This document shows, piece after piece, positions 57,339-64,000 of a stretch of DNA of 64,000 bases. The first letter of the stretch is position 1, and the number at the start of each line of letters is the position of its first letter. The translations under genes and the position numbers were made by a program. This stretch comes from an uncultured Alphaproteobacteria bacterium (GTDB taxonomy: Bacteria > Pseudomonadota > Alphaproteobacteria > Rhizobiales > Xanthobacteraceae): contig CAVTOV010000004.1 in assembly GCA_963736435.1 (NCBI GenBank), positions 133,200 through 197,199 on the forward strand. Reading direction: 5' to 3'. Below the pieces are notes generated by a model. It was not told the DNA's origin and made no database searches. It was given only the letters and a program-made list of their open reading frames with translations.

Positions 57339-59119
57339 GCGTGACCGCGGAAAGCTTCGATCTGCCGCCGGCGGAGCAACGCTCGGCCGAAACGCGGCTG
57401 CGCGAACAGCATTGGCGGCATTGGCTCTTTCGCAAGCTGCTCTACGGCAGCAATGTCGACCGCACTGCCAAGGCGCGGGCGCGGATCGGCTTGGCGATCC
57501 TGGCTTTCGCCGCCGTCTATTGCATCATCGCCGCACGGCTCGTGATGTTCGCGATCGTTTCCAACAGCCACTCGGTGCATCGCGTCGTCTCCAGCGACGC
57601 CATCGCCACGGCACGGCCCGACATCCTTGATCGCAACGGCGAAGTGCTGGCGACGGACGTTCGCGTACCGTCGCTTTATGCCGAACCGCGCCGGCTTATC
57701 GATGTTGACGAGGCGGCGGAACTCCTCACCGCCGACCTGCCCGATGTCGACGCCCCTGAAATGCGCGAACGGCTTTCATCCAAGCGCGGCTTCGTCTGGC
57801 TCAAGCGCGACATCACGCCGGAACAACAGCGCGATATCTACCGGCAGGGATTGCCTGGGATCGGCTTCCTCAACGAAAACAAGCGCGACTACCCTAACGG
57901 CGCCGAAGTCTCGCATCTGCTCGGCCACGTCAATATCGACAATCAGGGCATCGCCGGCATCGAGAAATGGCTCGACACGCAAGGCCTCGCCGCATTGCAT
58001 ATGGCGGGGCTTGCCACCGACCGCCTGCAAACGCCGGTTCAGCTCGCGGTCGATTTGCGCGTGCAGCATGCGATGCGCGAGGAACTCGTCGCCGCCCGTG
58101 CCAAATTCCACTCCATCGCCGCCGCCGGCGTCGTTCTCAACGTGCGTACCGGTGAAATCGTCGCCATGGTTTCGGAGCCGGATTACGATCCTAATAATCC
58201 GCACGAAGCGCTCGATCCGACGCGGATCAACCGACTGACCACCGGCGTCTATGAGATGGGCTCGACGTTCAAGGCGTTCACCGTCGCCATGGCGCTCGAC
58301 TCCGGCAAGGCGACGCTGAAATCAACCTTCGACGCGCACAATCCGCTGCACTTCGGCAAATTCGAGATTCACGATTTCGAGCCGATGCAGCGGGCTTTGT
58401 CGGTGCCGGAAATTTTCACCTATTCGTCGAATATCGGAGCAGCCCATATCGCGATGATGATGGGCATCGACGCACACAAGGCGTTTCTGAAAAAGATGGG
58501 GCAGCTCGATCGCCTGCGCACCGAACTGCCGGAAAGCGCCGAGCCGATCGTTCCCAAACACTGGGGCGAGCTCAACACCATGACCATTGCCTTCGGGCAT
58601 GGCCTTTCGGTCGCGCCGCTGCAGGCCGTGATGGGGGTCGCTGCCCTGATGAACGGCGGCATGCTGATACCCCCGACTTTCCTCAAGCGCACTGAAGCCG
58701 AGGCGGCGAAGCTTGCCACCCGCGTGGTCAAGCCCGAGACCAGCGAAATGATGCGCTACCTGATGCGGCTCAATGTCGAAAAAGGCACCGCCGCAAAGGC
58801 CGAAGTGCCGGGCTATTACATCGGCGGCAAAACTGGAACCGCGGACAAAGTCGTGTTCGGCCGCTATTCGAAAACAAAAGTGCTGACAGATTTCATGGCG
58901 GTGCTTCCTGCGGATCAGCCTCGCTATCTGGTTCTCATCATGCTCGACGAGCCGCAAGCGCTGCCGGAAACGCATGGCTTCAAAACTTCCGGCTGGAACG
59001 CCGTGCCTACCGGAGGTGCAATTGTTGCCCGCATTGCGCCACTCCTCGGCATTCAGCCGCGTCTCGACCTACCGCCAGCCGATCAGCTGATACTGGCCTC
59101 GATGAAGGAAAGCAGGTAA
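57335..59119 (+). CDS. ftsI: peptidoglycan D,D-transpeptidase FtsI (PBP3)
   Basis: 594 aa with a TM anchor and the motifs STFK (..[11 protein letters not shown]..), SSN and KTGT. Confidence 0.9.
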   Translation: MSVTAESFDLPPAEQRSAETRLREQHWRHWLFRKLLYGSNVDRTAKARARIGLAILAFAAVYCIIAARLVMFAIVSNSHSVHRVVSSDAIATARPDILDRNGEVLATDVRVPSLYAEPRRLIDVDEAAELLTADLPDVDAPEMRERLSSKRGFVWLKRDITPEQQRDIYRQGLPGIGFLNENKRDYPNGAEVSHLLGHVNIDNQGIAGIEKWLDTQGLAALHMAGLATDRLQTPVQLAVDLRVQHAMREELVAARAKFHSIAAAGVVLNVRTGEIVAMVSEPDYDPNNPHEALDPTRINRLTTGVYEMGSTFKAFTVAMALDSGKATLKSTFDAHNPLHFGKFEIHDFEPMQRALSVPEIFTYSSNIGAAHIAMMMGIDAHKAFLKKMGQLDRLRTELPESAEPIVPKHWGELNTMTIAFGHGLSVAPLQAVMGVAALMNGGMLIPPTFLKRTEAEAAKLATRVVKPETSEMMRYLMRLNVEKGTAAKAEVPGYYIGGKTGTADKVVFGRYSKTKVLTDFMAVLPADQPRYLVLIMLDEPQALPETHGFKTSGWNAVPTGGAIVARIAPLLGIQPRLDLPPADQLILASMKESR

Positions 59120-59162
59120 GGCACTGACCGCATCGTCGACCGAGCCGGCGTTCTACTGAGCC

Positions 59163-60617
59163 ATGAAGCTTCGCGAGATTTTGCCTCCTGACGCGGAACT
59201 CGACCGACGCCACGCCGATCTCGAGATCGGCGCGGTGACGGCGGACAGCCGCGCCGTCAAACCCGGCGATATTTTCGTCGCCATTGCCGGCGCCAAAGCC
59301 GACGGCCTGCGCTTCATCGATGCGGCAATCTCAGCTGGCGCGGCGGCCATCGTGGCGGAGCGGCCGCCGGAAGGGGCGCTGCCGCAGAACATCGCTTTCG
59401 TGCAGGTTGCCAATGCCCGGCGCGTGCTCGCGCTTATCGCCGCGAAAATATATCCGCGGCAGCCGGGTACCATCGCCGCCGTCACCGGCACTAGCGGAAA
59501 GACCTCGGTCGCGGCCTTCACCCGACAAATCTGGACTACGCTCGGCCGCCGCGCCGCCAGCATCGGCACCGTTGGCGTGGTTTCACCGAGCGGCGAAACT
59601 TACGGCTCACTGACCACACCGGACCCGGTCGCGCTGCATCGCTCGATCGACGCCCTTGCCGGCGAAGGCGTTACCCATCTCGCGATCGAAGCCTCCTCAC
59701 ATGGGCTCGATCAATTCCGGCTTGACGGTTTGCACATCACCGCCGGCGGTTTCACCAACATCACACGCGATCATCTCGATTATCATCCAAGCTTTGAGGC
59801 CTATCTCGAAGCAAAACTCCGGCTGTTCTCTGATTTGCTCGCGCCGGGCGCCGCGGCGATCATCGACGTCGATCACGAACAGGCGAACAAAGTGACGGCC
59901 ACCGCGGTGTCGCGTGGTCTGCGCGTCATCAGCGTCGGCCGCAAAGGGAGCGGCATACGTCTGGTTCATTCCGCCATCGACGAATTTTCACAAAGGCTTC
60001 AGCTCGAACACGAGGGAAAGATTTTTCAGGTGCATCTGCCGCTGGTCGGCGAATTTCAGATCGAAAATGCCCTGGTCGCCGCCGGACTTGCCATCGCGAC
60101 CGGCGGCGACGCCGGCGCCGTGTTCGCGGCGCTCGAACACCTCTCTGGCGCCAAGGGCCGCCTGGAACGCGTCGGCATGAGCCGCGGTGCGCAGATATTT
60201 GTCGATTACGCGCATAAGCCCGACGCCCTCGCCAAAGCGCTGGAAGCGCTGCGGCCTTATGTGAGCGGGCGGCTCGTGGTGGTATTCGGCGCGGGCGGCG
60301 ACCGCGATCGCGGCAAGCGGCCGCTGATGGGCGCCGTCGCCGCCGCCAAGGCCGACCACGTGATCGTCACCGATGACAATCCGCGCAGCGAGAATGCCGG
60401 CGCGATTCGCTCAGCAATCATGGGCGAAGCGCCCGGTGCGGCGGAAATCGGAGACCGGCGGGAGGCAATCCGCCAGGCAATCACCGATTTGCGCTCCGGC
60501 GACGTTCTTCTTATCGCCGGCAAGGGTCATGAAACGGGCCAAATCATCGGCGACCGAGTTGTTCCATTCAGCGATCATGAGGCGGTCGCCACCGCATTGA
60601 AGGAACTTGCCGCATGA
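59163..60617 (+). CDS. murE: UDP-N-acetylmuramoyl-L-alanyl-D-glutamate--2,6-diaminopimelate ligase
   Basis: ..AVTGTSGKTSVAAF..EASSHGL..DYAHKPDAL..DNPRSE.. Confidence 0.95.
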   Translation: MKLREILPPDAELDRRHADLEIGAVTADSRAVKPGDIFVAIAGAKADGLRFIDAAISAGAAAIVAERPPEGALPQNIAFVQVANARRVLALIAAKIYPRQPGTIAAVTGTSGKTSVAAFTRQIWTTLGRRAASIGTVGVVSPSGETYGSLTTPDPVALHRSIDALAGEGVTHLAIEASSHGLDQFRLDGLHITAGGFTNITRDHLDYHPSFEAYLEAKLRLFSDLLAPGAAAIIDVDHEQANKVTATAVSRGLRVISVGRKGSGIRLVHSAIDEFSQRLQLEHEGKIFQVHLPLVGEFQIENALVAAGLAIATGGDAGAVFAALEHLSGAKGRLERVGMSRGAQIFVDYAHKPDALAKALEALRPYVSGRLVVVFGAGGDRDRGKRPLMGAVAAAKADHVIVTDDNPRSENAGAIRSAIMGEAPGAAEIGDRREAIRQAITDLRSGDVLLIAGKGHETGQIIGDRVVPFSDHEAVATALKELAA

Positions 60618-62059
60618 GCGCGCCCGCGCTGTGGACCGTGGACGCGATGGCCGTGGCGATGGGCGCCGAACGCCAGGGCCCGCTGCCGCAATCGATTTCC
60701 GGTCTCTCGATCGACAGCCGCACCGTGGGGCCGGACGAGGCGTTTTTTGCCATTGCCGGCGATCACCGGGACGGCCACGATTTTGTTGGAACCGCACTCG
60801 CCGCCAAGGCCGCGCTCGCGGTCGTCGCCGTCGAACGACGGCAGGATTTCCCCGCCGACGCGCCGCTCCTGGTCGTGCCGAACGTACTCACGGGCTTGCG
60901 CGATCTCGCCGTCGCGGCACGGGTGCGCATGCAAGGCCAGGTGATCGGCGTCACCGGCTCGGTCGGCAAGACCGGCACCAAAGAAGCTTTGCGGTTGGCG
61001 TTATCGAAGGACGGCGAGACCCACGCCTCGGTCGCCTCCTACAACAATCATTGGGGCGTGCCGCTCTCACTGGCGCGTTGCCCGGCGTCGGCGCGTTATG
61101 CCGTGCTTGAAATGGGCATGAACCACGAAGGCGAGATCGAACCGCTGTCGCGGCTGGTTCGCCCTCATGTCGCGATCGTCACTACCATCGCACCGGTGCA
61201 TCTGGAATATCTCGGCTCGCTCACCAAAATCGCCGACGCCAAGGCCGAAATATTTTTCGGCGTCGAGCCCGGCGGCGCCGCGGTCATCAATCGCGACATC
61301 GCGCAATTTGCGCATCTCAAGCGCCGCGCCACGGAAGCCGGCGTATCGCGCGTCGTCTCATTCGGCGAGCATGAGGAAGCTGACGCGCGCCTCATCAAAT
61401 GCTCGCTGCATCCGCGCTGCTCCACCGTCGAGGCACGCATTCTCGGCACCGAACTCACCTATAAGATCGGTGCGCCCGGACGGCATTTGGTTGTCAATTC
61501 GCTCGCAGTGCTGGCGGCGGCCGACCTCGTTGGCGCCGACCTCGCGCTTGCCGCGCTGGCGCTCACCGAGCTTACGCCGGTTTCCGGCCGCGGCGCGCCG
61601 ATCGAAATCGATCTGCCTGGCGGTCCGGCATTGGTGCTCGACGAGAGCTACAATGCCAATCCGGCATCGGTCGGGGCGGCACTTGACGTGCTCGGCCAAG
61701 CACCGCTCGGACCGCACGGGCGGCGCATCGCCGTGCTCGGCGACATGCTGGAACTTGGCCCGACCGGCAAGAGCCTCCATCGCGGCCTGGCGGAGCCGAT
61801 ACTCGCCAACGCGGTCGATCTCGTGTTCTGCTGTGGACCTCTGATGCAGGCGCTATGGCAGGCCCTTCCAGCGAGCCGCCGCGGCGGCTATGCAGAGGAC
61901 TCTGCCGCGCTCGAGGTGCAGGTAGTGCACGCGATCCGTGCCGGCGATGCCGTCATGGTCAAAGGCTCGCTTGGCTCGCGCATGGCGCCCATCGTCAAAG
62001 CTTTGCAGAGAGCCTATCCGCGACACGACGCTCTCGAAGAAGCTTCCGCACAGGGTTGA
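60614..62059 (+). CDS. murF: UDP-N-acetylmuramoyl-tripeptide--D-alanyl-D-alanine ligase
   Basis: ..[35 protein letters not shown].. An ATGA overlap joins it to murE. Confidence 0.95.
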   Translation: MSAPALWTVDAMAVAMGAERQGPLPQSISGLSIDSRTVGPDEAFFAIAGDHRDGHDFVGTALAAKAALAVVAVERRQDFPADAPLLVVPNVLTGLRDLAVAARVRMQGQVIGVTGSVGKTGTKEALRLALSKDGETHASVASYNNHWGVPLSLARCPASARYAVLEMGMNHEGEIEPLSRLVRPHVAIVTTIAPVHLEYLGSLTKIADAKAEIFFGVEPGGAAVINRDIAQFAHLKRRATEAGVSRVVSFGEHEEADARLIKCSLHPRCSTVEARILGTELTYKIGAPGRHLVVNSLAVLAAADLVGADLALAALALTELTPVSGRGAPIEIDLPGGPALVLDESYNANPASVGAALDVLGQAPLGPHGRRIAVLGDMLELGPTGKSLHRGLAEPILANAVDLVFCCGPLMQALWQALPASRRGGYAEDSAALEVQVVHAIRAGDAVMVKGSLGSRMAPIVKALQRAYPRHDALEEASAQG

Positions 62060-62063
62060 TGCA

Positions 62064-63149
62064 ATGCTCTATTGGCTGGTCGATCTGTCGGACAAAATTT
62101 CCGTCCTGAACGTGTTTCGTTACATCACCTTCCGCACCGGCGGCGCGGTGATCACGGCGCTGTTTTTCGTTTTCCTGTTCGGCCAGGTCATGATCGATCG
62201 GCTGCGTTCGTTGCAGGGCAAGGGTCAGCCCATTCGCGCCGACGGCCCGAAGTCGCACATCATCGCCAAGGCCGGCACGCCGACCATGGGCGGCTTGATG
62301 ATTTTGTCGGGCATGCTGGTTTCGACGCTGCTCTGGGCCAATCCGTCCAACCCCTATGTCTGGATCGTGCTGTGGGTGACGCTCGGCTTCGGCATGGTCG
62401 GTTTCTATGACGACTATCTGAAAGTGACGAAGCAATCGCACAATGGATTTGCCGGGCGGACGCGTCTTGGCGTGGAGGCCATCATCGCCGGGGCCGCCTG
62501 CGTCGCGCTGGTGCAGATCGGTCATGGGCCGTTTTCGACGTCGTTGGTATTTCCGTTCTTCAAGGAACTGGTGCTCAATCTCGGCTGGTTTTTCGTCTTG
62601 TTCGCGGTCTTCATCATTGTCGGCGCCGGCAATGCGGTGAATCTGACCGACGGCCTCGACGGCCTTGCCATCGTCCCGGTCATGATCGCGGCCGCGAGCT
62701 TTGGGATGATCGCCTACCTGTCCGGCAATGCGGTGTTTGCCGATTATCTGCAAATCCACTACGTCGCCGGCACCGGCGAGCTTTCGGTGCTTTGCGGCGC
62801 CGTGCTTGGCGCCGGCTTGGGTTTTCTCTGGTTCAACGCGCCGCCAGCTTCGATCTTCATGGGCGACACCGGCTCGCTCGCACTCGGCGGCATGATCGGC
62901 GCCGTCGCGGTCGCGACCAAACATGAGATCGTGCTCGCCGTTATCGGCGGATTGTTCGTGCTCGAAGCGGTTTCGGTCATTGTCCAGGTGGTATCGTTCA
63001 AGCTTACCGGCAAACGCGTGTTCAGAATGGCACCGATCCATCATCATTTTGAGCAGCTCGGCTGGACCGAGCCGCAGATCGTCATCCGCTTCTGGATCGT
63101 TTCGGTCGTGCTCGCACTGGCGGGATTATCGACCTTGAAACTGCGGTAG
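62064..63149 (+). CDS. mraY: phospho-N-acetylmuramoyl-pentapeptide transferase
   Basis: [66 protein letters not shown].. The internal Met at 62064 is preferred over the ORF-track start at 61938. Confidence 0.95.
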   Translation: MLYWLVDLSDKISVLNVFRYITFRTGGAVITALFFVFLFGQVMIDRLRSLQGKGQPIRADGPKSHIIAKAGTPTMGGLMILSGMLVSTLLWANPSNPYVWIVLWVTLGFGMVGFYDDYLKVTKQSHNGFAGRTRLGVEAIIAGAACVALVQIGHGPFSTSLVFPFFKELVLNLGWFFVLFAVFIIVGAGNAVNLTDGLDGLAIVPVMIAAASFGMIAYLSGNAVFADYLQIHYVAGTGELSVLCGAVLGAGLGFLWFNAPPASIFMGDTGSLALGGMIGAVAVATKHEIVLAVIGGLFVLEAVSVIVQVVSFKLTGKRVFRMAPIHHHFEQLGWTEPQIVIRFWIVSVVLALAGLSTLKLR

Positions 63150-63156
63150 CCTTGAC

Positions 63157-64000
63157 GTGATCCCGGTCACGAGCTTTGCCGGCAAAAAGGTCGCCGTGTT
63201 CGGGCTAGGCGGTTCGGGGCTTGTCAGTGCTACCGCGCTCCTCGCCGGCGGCGCCGAAGTGGTGGCGTGGGACGACAACACGGCGAGCCTTGAAAAAGCA
63301 CGCGCGGCCGGCATTCCAACCGCGGATCTGCACCAGGCCGACTGGAGCAAGATCGCGGCCCTCGTGCTCGCACCGGGCGTGCCGCTGACGCACCCGGAAC
63401 CGCATTGGGTCGTGAAGCTCGCGCAAAAAGCCGGCGTCGAAGTGATCGGCGATGTCGAATTGTTTTGCCGCGAGCGACGGCGTCACGCACCGGCCACACC
63501 ATTCGTCGCCATTACCGGCACCAATGGCAAATCGACGACCACGGCGCTGATCGCGCATCTCGCGGCATCGGCCGGCATGGACGCGCAACTCGGCGGCAAT
63601 ATCGGGACCGCGATCCTGTCGCTCGAGCCGCCTGCTGCCAATCGTGTTCACGTCATCGAATGCTCGTCCTATCAGATCGATCTGGCGCCGACGCTCGATC
63701 CTTCGATTGGTATTCTGATCAATCTCACCGAAGACCATCTCGACCGCCACGGCACGATGGCCCATTACGCGGCGGTGAAAGAGCGCCTCGTTGCCGGCGT
63801 GCCGGAAAATGGTACCGCGCAAAACGGTATCGCAATTGTCGGTGTCGACGACGACTGGTGCCGGCCGATCGCCGGGAAGCTCGAACGATCCGGCAAACGA
63901 ATTGTCCGCATTTCCGCGCGCGGGTCATTGGCCGATGGCATTTACATCGACGGCCAGCAGATCATGCGCGCATCACCCCCACCCTTCCTTCCCCCGCTTG
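63157..64000 (+). CDS. murD: UDP-N-acetylmuramoylalanine--D-glutamate ligase (5' part, truncated by the window end)
   Basis: Hand-translated from the GTG at 63157: [40 protein letters not shown].....[19 protein letters not shown].. It has no stop before 64000, so it is absent from the ORF track. Confidence 0.9.
   Translation, partial: MIPVTSFAGKKVAVFGLGGSGLVSATALLAGGAEVVAWDDNTASLEKARAAGIPTADLHQADWSKIAALVLAPGVPLTHPEPHWVVKLAQKAGVEVIGDVELFCRERRRHAPATPFVAITGTNGKSTTTALIAHLAASAGMDAQLGGNIGTAILSLEPPAANRVHVIECSSYQIDLAPTLDPSIGILINLTEDHLDRHGTMAHYAAVKERLVAGVPENGTAQNGIAIVGVDDDWCRPIAGKLERSGKRIVRISARGSLADGIYIDGQQIMRASPPPFLPPL

Noticed and set aside
63960-64000. An odd Pro-rich ending of the murD reading frame (..[13 protein letters not shown]) at the window edge, which might hint at an insertion.
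   Set aside because: Too little sequence remains to judge. MurD linker regions are variable, so no claim is made.

Overview
This is a GC-rich chromosomal segment (low-to-mid 60s % GC by eye, not computed). Its gene content and order are typical of an alphaproteobacterium of the Hyphomicrobiales/Rhizobiales, Bradyrhizobiaceae-like; that placement is inferred from the protein sequences only. Most of the window is housekeeping. In order: rpmH-rnpA-yidC; an accessory-looking stretch of about 15 kb; engB-argB; dapD-dapE; truA-fmt-def (minus strand); rmuC; ampG; a giant class-A PBP; a fused 5-oxoprolinase/hydantoinase; the pntAA-pntAB-pntB transhydrogenase operon; a Rieske-oxygenase redox cluster; cysG; the RNase P RNA gene rnpB; and the start of the dcw cluster (rsmH-ftsL-ftsI-murE-murF-mraY-murD, truncated at the window end). 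There is one mobile element: an IS66-family insertion sequence (tnpA/tnpB/tnpC plus an extra 71-aa ORF) between a GAF-histidine kinase and a cytoplasmic globin-coupled-type chemoreceptor. I found no rRNA, tRNA, CRISPR array or prophage. The items most worth a second look are these. (1) An unlisted 49-aa exported peptide with a HHHHHWHHHH block, with a perfect AT-rich palindrome next to its ribosome-binding site. (2) A lower-GC orphan gene wedged between rmuC and ampG. (3) An Asn/Gln-rich tail encoded by a tandem repeat on the class-A PBP. (4) Three decayed genes: +1 frameshifts in rmuC and in the Rieske oxygenase, and a receiver-domain remnant. These are either real pseudogenisation or assembly indels. 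(5) A Rieske / PDR-reductase / CoxS-like ferredoxin / flavoprotein / GlcG cluster with no known substrate. I did not recognise a clear multi-gene defence or secretion system. All functional calls come from reading the translated ORFs against remembered family motifs; no database search was run.
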